Shown here piece by piece: positions 28,646 to 36,980 of a stretch of DNA of 64,000 nt. The DNA comes from Anaeromyxobacter sp. (GTDB taxonomy: Bacteria; Myxococcota; Myxococcia; Myxococcales; Anaeromyxobacteraceae), in the NCBI GenBank assembly GCA_049840735.1, contig JASGJN010000026.1:512001-576000 (forward strand). The letters run 5' to 3'. Under the pieces are notes generated by a model. That model had not been told where the DNA came from and made no database searches. It was given only the letters and a program-made list of their open reading frames with translations. Made by a program: the position numbers and the translations under genes. Positions within the stretch are counted from its first letter, which is position 1. Each line of letters opens with the position of its first letter.

Positions 28646-30538
28646 TCAGGCCCGCGCCGCCGGGAGGTGGAGCGTGAAGGTGGTCCCCGCCCCGGGGCGG
28701 CTCTCCACCTCCACCCGCCCGCCGTGGTCCTCGGCGATGTGCTGGACCATGGGCAGCCCCAGGCCGGTGCCGCGCCCGGGCGCCTTGGTGCTGAAGAACG
28801 GCTCGAAGATGCGGGCCAGCACCTCGGGCGGCATGCCCGGGCCGGAGTCGCTCACCTCGATGCGCACGCCGTCCCCGTCGCGCCGCGCGCGCAGGGCGAC
28901 GGCGCCGCCCTCCGGCATCGCGTCGCGCGCGTTGATGAGCAGGTTCACCAGCGCCTGCTCCAGCTGCACCTCGCGCCCGTCCAGCGGCGGCAGGCCCGGC
29001 TCCACCTCGACCGTCAGCGTGACCTGCGGCCCCATCACGCGGCCCACCAGCGCGGCCACCTCGCGCACCAGCCGGTCCACCTCGAGCTGCTGGGAGGCCT
29101 GCCGCGGGGCGCCGCGGCTGTAGGTCAGCAGCGCCCGCATCATCTCGGCGCAGCGGCGGGCCGCGTGGCGCGCGACCCTCAGGTCGGGCGTGAAGGGGTG
29201 CTCCGGCCCCAGCGCCTCCAGCGTCGGATCGAGCTGGCCCAGCACGATGGTGAGCTGGTTGTTCACGTCGTGGGCGAGGCCGCTGGCCAGCGTGGCCACC
29301 GTCTCGCGCCGCTGGCTGTGGTGGAGCTGCTCGCGCAGGGTCGAGTGCTCGTGGGCGGCCCGGCCGGCCCGCTGCAGCGCCTCCGCCAGCGCCACCGTGG
29401 GCGGGGCGGGGGTGGGCTGGCCGGCCGGGGCGGCGGGCCGGCCAGGGGCCTCGGCCAGCTCGTCGAGCGGGCGGCCGAAGCGGCGGGCGATGGAGCGGGC
29501 GCGCAGCATCAGCACCACGAAGCCGAGGATGGCCAGGGCCAGCACGCCCAGCGCGCGCCGGCGGCTCACGCCCATGATCTCCGGCTCGGGGATGGCCACC
29601 ACCACGTACCAGGTCAGCCCGGCCGGCCCGCGGTAGGGCCTGACCAGGCCGTAGTGGGCCACGCCCTCCGCGTCGCGGGTCACCAGCTGCCGGCCCTCGG
29701 GCGGCAGCGCCAGGAGCCCGTCGGCCAGCGGCGCCAGCTCGGGGCCCAGCCGCGCCACCGGCCCCAGGAACTGCGCCAGCCGGGCCTCGCGCGACTCGAA
29801 GGCGGCGCGGTGGGGGAGGACCAGCGAGCGGCCCTGGGGATCGGCCAGGACGATCTCGGTGCCGGGCGTGGGGGCGATGGCCCAGAGCCGGCCGGTGAGG
29901 TCGTCGAGCATCACGTCCAGCGCAATCACCCCCTCCAGCGCGCCGGCGCGGCGGATGGGGAAGGAGAGCGTGATGCCCGGGTCCTGCGTGGTCATGAACT
30001 GGTAGGCCTCGGGCGACCAGCGCGGCGCGTCCGCGTCCCCCACGCGCGTGTACCAGTCGCGCTGGCGCGGATCGTAGCCGGTCGCGTCCCAGGGCTCGAT
30101 GCGCGTCACGCCGGCGTGGCGGCGGGTCCAGCGCAGCTCCGCCTCCCCGGCGCCGCGGCGGCGCAGCGCTCGCGAGTGCCAGCCGCCGGGCTGGCGCAGC
30201 TCCAGCACCGAGGTGCCGTCGGCGCTGCACAGGTTCACCGACGAGACGAACGTCTGCGCTTCGAGCAGGGGGAGCGAGAGCGCGTCCACGCGCTCGGGAT
30301 CGTCCAGCCGGAGGGTACCGTCGAGCCACCACCCCGCCAGCGTCGTGCCCACCCGGCTGGCCGAGGCCAGCTCGCCGTCCAGTGCCTGCGCCGCGCGCTC
30401 CGAGGCGTCCGCGGCGCGGGCCCAGGCCTGCGCGTCCAGCGCCCGCACCACCCCCCACCAGCCCAGCCCCAGCACCGCGGCCAGCAGCAGTCCGGTGAGC
30501 GTGAGGATCTCCCGGTAGAGGTAGCCGCTGATCCGCAT
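28646..30538 (-). CDS. Sensor histidine kinase with Cache-like periplasmic domain
   Basis: YDPRQRDWY, AHDVNNQL, NLLINARDAM, FFSTK, GTGLGL. Confidence 0.9.
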   Translation of the reverse strand: MRISGYLYREILTLTGLLLAAVLGLGWWGVVRALDAQAWARAADASERAAQALDGELASASRVGTTLAGWWLDGTLRLDDPERVDALSLPLLEAQTFVSSVNLCSADGTSVLELRQPGGWHSRALRRRGAGEAELRWTRRHAGVTRIEPWDATGYDPRQRDWYTRVGDADAPRWSPEAYQFMTTQDPGITLSFPIRRAGALEGVIALDVMLDDLTGRLWAIAPTPGTEIVLADPQGRSLVLPHRAAFESREARLAQFLGPVARLGPELAPLADGLLALPPEGRQLVTRDAEGVAHYGLVRPYRGPAGLTWYVVVAIPEPEIMGVSRRRALGVLALAILGFVVLMLRARSIARRFGRPLDELAEAPGRPAAPAGQPTPAPPTVALAEALQRAGRAAHEHSTLREQLHHSQRRETVATLASGLAHDVNNQLTIVLGQLDPTLEALGPEHPFTPDLRVARHAARRCAEMMRALLTYSRGAPRQASQQLEVDRLVREVAALVGRVMGPQVTLTVEVEPGLPPLDGREVQLEQALVNLLINARDAMPEGGAVALRARRDGDGVRIEVSDSGPGMPPEVLARIFEPFFSTKAPGRGTGLGLPMVQHIAEDHGGRVEVESRPGAGTTFTLHLPAARA

Positions 30539-30762
30539 GGACGGGGCACTTTAACCTACCGATGGTGAAGGACCAGTCGGGGTCACGGTGGGTGGATGAC
30601 CCACCCGACCGTCGGTACGACCGCCGACGGGTGAAGGCGAGCGGGTGAGCCCGGCCGTCGCAGCGCCCAGCCCTGCGCCGCGGTAGAGTCCGGGCGTCCG
30701 ATCGAGGAGGAAGCGCCCTGGCCCCTGCTCCCCTGCCTGCCGCCCAGCCCCCTGGCTTCCCG

Positions 30763-31374
30763 GTGCCCGGCACCCCGTCGCTCCTGCAGCGCGCCTGCGC
30801 CGGGGCGCTGCGCCTGCTCGGCTGGAAGTGGCGCGTGGACTGGCCGCAGGTGCCGCGCTGCGTGGTGATCGTCTACCCGCACACGTCCAACTGGGACTTC
30901 GCCATCGGCTACCTGGTGAAGGCGGCCTCCGGCGTCCCCATCCAGTTCATCGGCAAGCACACCCTCTTCCGCTGGCCGCTGGGGCCGGTGCTGCGCTGGA
31001 TGGGAGGCATCCCGGTGGACCGGAGCGCGCCGTCCGGCTTCATCCCGGCCATGCAGGCGGAGCTGCTGCGCCGCCCGTGGGCCTGGGTGGTGCTGGCGCC
31101 GGAGGGGACGCGCTCGCGGCTCGATCACTGGAAGTCCGGGTTCCACCGGCTGGCGGTGGGGGCGGGCGTGCCGCTGGGGCTGGCCTTCATCGACTGGAAG
31201 GAGAAGGAGGTCGGGCTCACCGCCTACGTGGACCTGAGCGGCGACCCGGAGCGCGACCTGGAGGTGCTGCGCGCCTTCTACGCCGGGAAGGCCGGCAGGC
31301 GGCCCGAGCTGGCCAGCGACATCCGCTTCCGCGCCGCCCCGCGGGTGGACGGGCGCCCGCCGACGCGGGGCTGA
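30763..31374 (+). CDS. Glycerol-phosphate/lysophospholipid acyltransferase
   Basis: HTSNWD, APEGTR, WKSGF. Confidence 0.88.
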   Translation: MPGTPSLLQRACAGALRLLGWKWRVDWPQVPRCVVIVYPHTSNWDFAIGYLVKAASGVPIQFIGKHTLFRWPLGPVLRWMGGIPVDRSAPSGFIPAMQAELLRRPWAWVVLAPEGTRSRLDHWKSGFHRLAVGAGVPLGLAFIDWKEKEVGLTAYVDLSGDPERDLEVLRAFYAGKAGRRPELASDIRFRAAPRVDGRPPTRG

Positions 31375-31456
31375 CGGGCGCCGAGGGCACGCACAGCAGC
31401 CGGGCGGACGGGCACTGGCGGCGGCGGGGACGCACCGTTGGCTCGCGACCCGCGCC

Positions 31457-31897
31457 ATGCCCGACACCGAGCCCCTGAACGATCCCCTGGCCGACTTCCT
31501 CCGCGCCCGCCGCGACGAGGTGGTGGAGCGCTGGGCCCGCCGCGTGCGCGCGCTCCCCTCGGCGCGGCTCCTGCCCGAGCCGGCGCTGCGCGATCACGTG
31601 CCGCACATCCTGGAGCGGATCGAGGCCTACCTGGCGGCGCAGGTCGGGCGCGACGAGGTGGCGGCGCGGGCGGAGCCGCACGGGCAGGACCGGGCCAGCC
31701 AGGGGTACGACCTGGAGGAGCTGATCCTGGAGATCGGCGTGCTGCGCGACGTGGTGCTGGAGGTGCGCGCCGAGGCCGGCGCCCTCACCGGCGAGGACGC
31801 GGTGCGGATGGTGCGGGCCTTCGACCCGGTGGTCGCGTCGGTGGTGCAGGAGTGGTCGCGCGCCGGCGGGGAGCTGGGGGAGGGCGTGGCGCCGTGA
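31457..31897 (+). CDS. RsbRD N-terminal-like small helical protein
   Basis: EVVERW, LRDHVP, HGQDRASQGYDLEELILE pattern. Confidence 0.65.
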   Translation: MPDTEPLNDPLADFLRARRDEVVERWARRVRALPSARLLPEPALRDHVPHILERIEAYLAAQVGRDEVAARAEPHGQDRASQGYDLEELILEIGVLRDVVLEVRAEAGALTGEDAVRMVRAFDPVVASVVQEWSRAGGELGEGVAP

Positions 31898-32117
31898 GCG
31901 CCGGGCCGGAGGCCGGCGGCGGGCCGGTCCGCGAGGTGGGCGGGCCGCCCAAGCCGGCGCCGCCGCGCCGCGCCGTAAGCGTATGCTGACCATGAACGCC
32001 CGTCCGCGGCGCGATGGCGCTGCGGCCGTGACAGAATCCGAGACACGCGCTCCTTACCTCCGCGGCGACACCGAGATCCGCCAGCGGCGCCCGCGCGGCG
32101 CCGGAGAGGGAGCCGAC

Positions 32118-32997
32118 ATGCCGCTGCTTTACCCCGAGCTGTTCCGGAACCTGGAGCGCGCCCGCTGGAACATGGCGGACGACGTGCCCTGGGACGCGTT
32201 CGACGCCTCCCTGCTCACCGAGGAGCAGGCGCTCACCATCAAGCACAACGCCATCACCGAGTGGTCGGCGCTGCCCGCCACCGAGATGTTCCTGCGCGAC
32301 AACCGCCACGACCACGACTTCTCGGCCTTCATGTCGGTCTGGTTCTACGAGGAGCAGAAGCACGCGCTGGTGCTGATGGAGTACCTGCGCCGCTTCCGCC
32401 CGGAGCTGGTGCCCACCGAGGAGGAGCTGGGGGCGGTCCGGTTCGAGTTCGACCCGGCGCCGGCGCTGGAGACCCTGATGCTCCACTTCTGCGGCGAGGT
32501 CCGGCTCACCCGCTGGTACAAGCGCGCCGCGGAGTGGCACACCGAGCCGGTCATCAAGCACGTCTACGGCCTCATCGCCGAGGACGAGGCGCGCCACGGC
32601 GGCGCCTACCTGCGCTACATGCAGCGCGCGCTGGAGCGGACGCCGGAGGAGGCGCGCGGCGCCTTCTCCAAGGTGGGCGTGCTGATGGCCGCGAGCGGCC
32701 TCTCCGGCAAGCCGCTCCACCCCACCAACCTGCACGTCAACAAGCAGCTCTTCCCCAACGACACGGTGCAGAGCCGCCTGCCGGATCCGGCCTGGCTGGA
32801 GCGCTGGCTGGACGAGCAGAATCCGCTTCGACCGCGGCTGCGAGGAGCGGGTGGTGCGGGCCATGCTGCGCAGCCTCTCGGCGCTCTTCGGCGAGACCTT
32901 CGAGACGGTGCGCGATCTGTCGCGCTACCGGCGGGCCAAGGCGCGGGGCGCGGCGGGCGGAGCGGACGAGGCGCCGGGGGGCGAGGCCCGCGCGTAG
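32118..32997 (+). CDS. Ferritin-like diiron protein; apparent frameshift near 32820
   Basis: EEQKH and DEARH ExxH motifs. Removing one A from GAATC (32819-32823) gives EQIRFDRGCEERVVR...TAG 32997. Confidence 0.8.
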
Positions 32998-33015
32998 GCG
33001 GTTCGTCCCGCTCCG

Positions 33016-33064
33016 CCCTTCGACTCCGCCGCGGCCTGGCCGCGGCTACGCTCAGGGCGAACGG
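33016..33064 (+). repeat. GTAG REP-like copy (partner of the IS-interrupted copy)
   Basis: cccttcgactccg-hairpin-ctacgctcagggcgaacgg. Confidence 0.85.
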
Positions 33065-33099
33065 TGGTACCAGACCCGTTCGGCCTTCTATGAAGCGGC

Positions 33100-33396
33100 G
33101 TCCCCGGTCAAGGGCCGGTGATGTCGTTTGTCCTGAAGCCTGGGCGGCGCTGGTTGGCCATCGGTCAGGGAGTCAGGCGAACGCGAGTTCCATCAGCCTT
33201 CTATTCGCGCTCAACAGGGGCGGCAGTGCCGCCGGCGCAGTGGGGGATTCGAGCAGGGGGCGCCATCTGAGCGACGGCCGTTCCTGGTGACCGGCCAAGG
33301 CCGAACTCGCGCTCACCCTGTCTCGAAACCCGCTTTCGCCTCACTCCCGGATCTCCGGCCCGGCGTCCGCCCGACTGGGTCCGATTTTTCGGTCGT
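33100..33396 (-). ncRNA. Predicted bridge/seek RNA of the IS1111 element (ends approximate)
   Basis: Stem-loop 33248-33327 with internal-loop segments matching the target; stem-loop 33182-33209 with segments matching the circle junction. Confidence 0.75.
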
Positions 33397-34428
33397 CTAG
33401 GCCATCGCGTTTCCCCTGCAGGTGCGGCTGCCGTCGAAGTCCTTCCCGTCCCTCATCATCGCGAACAGGATTCCGGAGAGTTTGCGCGCCAGCGCCACGA
33501 CGGCGACTGCGCGTCCCCTCCGCCGGTGGATCTTCCCCGCCCATTCGCGCAGCGGCAGCGACTCTGCGCTCTTGCTGCGCAAGACGCAGTGCGCGGCCTG
33601 GACGAGAAGCCAGCGCACCCTGGCGTTGCCGGTCTTGGTGATCCGCCCCTTGCGCTGTTTCTCGCCCGAGCTCAGCTCGCTAGGGACCAGGCCGCAGTAG
33701 GCGGACACCTGCTGGGCACTCTGGAAGCGCTTGGGATCATCGATGACGACGTCGTACGCAATGGCCGTCACGACGCCCACGCCTGGCGCCGTCGTGAGCC
33801 TCCGTACCACTGCGCTGTCGCGGGCGATGGCCTCGAGGTCAGCGTCGGCCTTGGCGATCCGGGCGTTCAGCGTGTCGAACATCAGCAGCAACGGCTCGAC
33901 CTCGTCGCGGACCTCGTCCGGCAGGGCCATCTCCAACACCACTCGCGCGAAGTGCTCGGCTTCGCAGCTCGGGGCCCGTAGCCCGTGGCTCCGCAAGGAC
34001 GTCCGGGTCACCGTGATGAACCGCGACCTGGTGCGGACCAGCGTGTCTCTCACCGACAGGCGGACAGCGACCGTCCGCCGGGATTCCGACCTCCGGTGGG
34101 CCGCTCGGTAGGTCCCTGAACGGCAAGCCTCGGCCAGCGCTCGGGCATCTCGCCGATCGGTCTTTACCCGCCTCGTCCGCGTCCCGTACATCGGCGCGTA
34201 ATTCGGGTCGGCCACGATCACTTCGTGCCCGAACGATTCGATGTGCCGCGCCACCCATTCGCTTTCCGTGGAGGCCTCCAGCAGGAGCTTGGCCCGCGGC
34301 CTGTTCGCGAGCACCTCGGCGAACCGGTCGGCCCGGGTGGGGATCCGCACCTCCAGAACCCCGCCCTCCGCGTTCAGGATGCAAAGCTGGCTGTCCTTCT
34401 TGTGCAGGTCGATGCCAATATGGTCCAC
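33397..34428 (-). CDS. IS110-family DEDD recombinase/transposase
   Basis: GIDLHK, LLEAS, KTDRRDA (DEDD); GLVPSELSSG...GRITKTGN C-terminal domain with Ser. Confidence 0.96.
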   Translation of the reverse strand: MDHIGIDLHKKDSQLCILNAEGGVLEVRIPTRADRFAEVLANRPRAKLLLEASTESEWVARHIESFGHEVIVADPNYAPMYGTRTRRVKTDRRDARALAEACRSGTYRAAHRRSESRRTVAVRLSVRDTLVRTRSRFITVTRTSLRSHGLRAPSCEAEHFARVVLEMALPDEVRDEVEPLLLMFDTLNARIAKADADLEAIARDSAVVRRLTTAPGVGVVTAIAYDVVIDDPKRFQSAQQVSAYCGLVPSELSSGEKQRKGRITKTGNARVRWLLVQAAHCVLRSKSAESLPLREWAGKIHRRRGRAVAVVALARKLSGILFAMMRDGKDFDGSRTCRGNAMA

Positions 34429-34515
34429 GGCTGGTCTCCACTCTCTGCGGCTCTGACCGCGTTGTGGGGCATTCGTGCCACCACCCCGAGGTGGAGGCCA
34501 GCCGCTTCATTCCAT

Positions 34516-34556
34516 CTGAGCGTAGCGCCCGCAGCGCGGGCGCGGAGCCAAAGGCC
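34516..34556 (-). repeat. Right part of the REP-like copy split by the IS (left part 33076-33086)
   Basis: Rejoined ccgttcggc-CT-gagcgtag equals the intact copy at 59706. Confidence 0.9.
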
Positions 34557-34561
34557 AGGCG

Positions 34562-35092
34562 TCACGCCCCCAGGAACCTCCGCGCCACCTCCTCCCAGGA
34601 GGCTACGCGGGAGTAGCGGGTCTCGCGCAGGTTCTTGGGGGCGCTGAAGAGGATGCCCTGCCCGCGGAAGCGGGCGAAGTGGTGCGGGCTGTCGTCGATC
34701 AGGTACTCGGCGGCCAGGATGCTCTTGTCCCCGCAGAAGACCACGTGGCTCCCCGGGTGGAAGGGCAGGTGGCGGCGCAGCCAGCCGAACTTGGCGCTGA
34801 AGGAGGCCGGGTACTCGGTGGCGGCGCTGGCCACGAAGACCTCGTAGCGCTCCGAGAGCCGCCGCACCACCTCCGCCGCGCCGGGCATGGGCGGCAGGTC
34901 GGCGAAGAACGCGCCCTCGTGCAGCATGGCCTCGTGCGCATCGCGGTGCTCGGGGCTCACCAGCTGGTGCAGCTCGCGGCCGGCCTGCTCGGCCTCGCTC
35001 CAGGCGTAGCCGAACCGGTCGCGGTACCAGGCCACCTGGGCGGTGTGGGTGTCCACCAGCACGTCGTCCATGTCGATGGCGATCCGCTCCAT
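34562..35092 (-). CDS. 5'(3')-deoxyribonucleotidase, HAD family
   Basis: IAIDMDDVL, KFGWL, CGDK, LIDD. Confidence 0.85.
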   Translation of the reverse strand: MERIAIDMDDVLVDTHTAQVAWYRDRFGYAWSEAEQAGRELHQLVSPEHRDAHEAMLHEGAFFADLPPMPGAAEVVRRLSERYEVFVASAATEYPASFSAKFGWLRRHLPFHPGSHVVFCGDKSILAAEYLIDDSPHHFARFRGQGILFSAPKNLRETRYSRVASWEEVARRFLGA

Positions 35093-35186
35093 GGCAGGAG
35101 GCTACGGCAGCGCTGCCCGCCGCGCCCGCGAAAACTCGCGGCGTGGGAGCCCTGCTGTAAGCTGCGCGCCGCGAAAGGTGGCGAGC

Positions 35187-35705
35187 ATGCGCAAGGTGGC
35201 GGGGCGGAAGCCGGCGAAGCAGGCGAAGGCGGTCCGGAAGGCGGCGAGGCGGACGGGCGCGAAGAAGGCGCCCAGGGCCGTGAAGGCGGCGAAGCGCGTG
35301 AAGAACGCGGCGAAGCCGGCCCGCAAGCCCGTCCTCAAGGTCCGGCGGGCGGCGCCTGCGGGCGCCGCGAAGGCTCGCCCTGCTCCGCGGCGCGCCGCGC
35401 CGGCCCGCGGCGGCGCGGAGTCTGGGCTTCACTGGCAGTCGCGCAGCCCCCAGCACCGGGCCGCTGCCGCGCCCGGCGGCGAGTACGTGATGCTCTCCTT
35501 CGACCGCGTCACCTGGTCGGCCGAGTGGCGGCCCAAGGGCGGCCGCGTCGAGCGGCTCGCCTTCCGCGAGACCCAGGCCGGCGCCGAGGCCGCCTGCGAG
35601 CGGCACCGCACCGTGCAGCGGGCCGACGCGCTCCTCTCGGCGGCCGACGCCGGCGGGCTGGTGGGCAAGGCCATCACCGGCGAGGCGGTGGCGTGGCGGC
35701 GGTAG
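35187..35705 (+). CDS. Hypothetical protein with Lys/Ala/Arg-rich histone-like N-terminus
   Basis: KPAK/KAAK repeats followed by a small globular domain; host-like codon usage. Confidence 0.55.
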   Translation: MRKVAGRKPAKQAKAVRKAARRTGAKKAPRAVKAAKRVKNAAKPARKPVLKVRRAAPAGAAKARPAPRRAAPARGGAESGLHWQSRSPQHRAAAAPGGEYVMLSFDRVTWSAEWRPKGGRVERLAFRETQAGAEAACERHRTVQRADALLSAADAGGLVGKAITGEAVAWRR

Positions 35706-35740
35706 GCCGTCGCGGCGGCGACGTCTGCTCGCCTGGCCGG

Positions 35741-36217
35741 ATGAAGCAGCAGGAGATCCGCGTCCGCCCGGTCACCCCGGCCGACGCCGAGGCCGTGGTG
35801 GCGCTCTGGCGCCGCGTCTTCCCGGAGTACGCCGACCCCTCGCGCCCGCAGCGCGATCCGGTCGCCTCGGTCGCCCGCAAGCTGGCCTTCGGCGACGGGC
35901 TGTTCTGGCTGGCCGAGCGCGGCGGCGAGCTGCTCGGGACCGCGATGGCCGGCTACGACGGCCATCGCGGCTGGCTCTACTCGGTGGGCGTGGCGCCCGA
36001 GGCGCGCGGCGCCGGGCTGGGCCGGCGGCTGGTGGCCGAGGCCGAGCGGGCGCTGGCGGCGCTGGGCTGCCCCAAGGTGAACCTGCAGCTGCTGGAGGGG
36101 AACGAGGCCGGCAGGCGCTTCTGGGCCCGGCTCGGCTACGCCGAGGACCGGGTGGTCTCGCTGGGGAAGCGGCTGGGCGAGGCGAGCCCGTCCGGTCCGG
36201 ACGGGACGAAAGGGTAA
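35741..36217 (+). CDS. GNAT acetyltransferase (YpeA-like)
   Basis: MAGYDGHRGWLY, RGAGLG, GCPKVNLQ, SLGKRL. Confidence 0.88.
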   Translation: MKQQEIRVRPVTPADAEAVVALWRRVFPEYADPSRPQRDPVASVARKLAFGDGLFWLAERGGELLGTAMAGYDGHRGWLYSVGVAPEARGAGLGRRLVAEAERALAALGCPKVNLQLLEGNEAGRRFWARLGYAEDRVVSLGKRLGEASPSGPDGTKG

Positions 36218-36238
36218 TGTGAAAGGACGCGACCCCTA
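36202..36238. repeat. 37-bp direct repeat, copy 1
   Basis: cgggacgaaagggtaatgtgaaaggacgcgaccccta; one mismatch to 36944-36980. Confidence 0.9.
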
Positions 36239-36793
36239 CTGCACGCGGTAGCGAAGGTGGACGACCCCGTTGGCGAAGCGGTGCTCGTCGAGGAGCGCCA
36301 GGTCGATGCGCCCGTGGGCCGGCAGCGCCGGGTTGCGGCCGCCGAGGATGACGGGCCAGACGATCAGCCGGCACTCGTCGACAAGTCCGGCCTGGAGCGC
36401 CTGGGCCGCGAGGTGCGGCCCTCCGACGAGCACGTCCCCGGGCGCAGTCGCCAGCAGGTCGCGCACGGCGCCCGCATCGAAGCGGCGCTCCAGCCGGGTC
36501 CTGGCCGTGGGCACCGCCGTCATGCTCGTGGAGTAGACCACCTTGTCCGCCGCTCGCCAGACGCCCGCGAAGGCGCTCATGAGGTCCGACCGCGCCGCCA
36601 GCGAGGCGTCGGTCTCCCAAACGGCCATCGTCTCGTACATGCGCCGCCCGTAGAGGTAGGTGCCGGCCGACCGCATGAGGTCGGTCGTGAACGCGAAGAC
36701 CGCCTCGTCAGGTGGCGCCCAGTCGAAGGCGCCGGTGGCATCCTCGGTGTAGCCGTCGAGTGACATGTTCGACGCGTAGATCAGCTTGGCCAT
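36236..36793 (-). CDS. Dihydrofolate reductase / RibD C-terminal family protein
   Basis: NMSLDGY, LYGRRMYE, VGGPHLA, GLVDE, PVILGG. Confidence 0.88.
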   Translation of the reverse strand: MAKLIYASNMSLDGYTEDATGAFDWAPPDEAVFAFTTDLMRSAGTYLYGRRMYETMAVWETDASLAARSDLMSAFAGVWRAADKVVYSTSMTAVPTARTRLERRFDAGAVRDLLATAPGDVLVGGPHLAAQALQAGLVDECRLIVWPVILGGRNPALPAHGRIDLALLDEHRFANGVVHLRYRVQ

Positions 36794-36943
36794 GGCTCCC
36801 TCAATCTTCCGGCTCCTGGCGAGCAGGTCAAGCGGATGGGAACGGGGCCGAGCCGGCGCTGCTGGCGCCGGCTCGGCCAAGGCGGGCGTCGGGCGGTTGG
36901 GGCCCAGGGCCGGCGGCCCCGACCGGGCCCAGACGGGCCCGGT

Positions 36944-36980
36944 CGGGACGAAAGGGTAATGTGGAAGGACGCGACCCCTA
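36944..36980. repeat. 37-bp direct repeat, copy 2
   Basis: cgggacgaaagggtaatgtggaaggacgcgaccccta. Confidence 0.9.

Larger units (their letters stand above)
33085..34517 (-). mobile_element. IS110-family, IS1111-type insertion sequence
   Basis: CT core at both ends (33085-86, 34516-17); 10-bp subterminal inverted repeats ATGAAGCGGC (33090-99) and GCCGCTTCAT (34501-10); long 3' non-coding end; more A/T at third codon positions than flanking genes. Confidence 0.92.
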
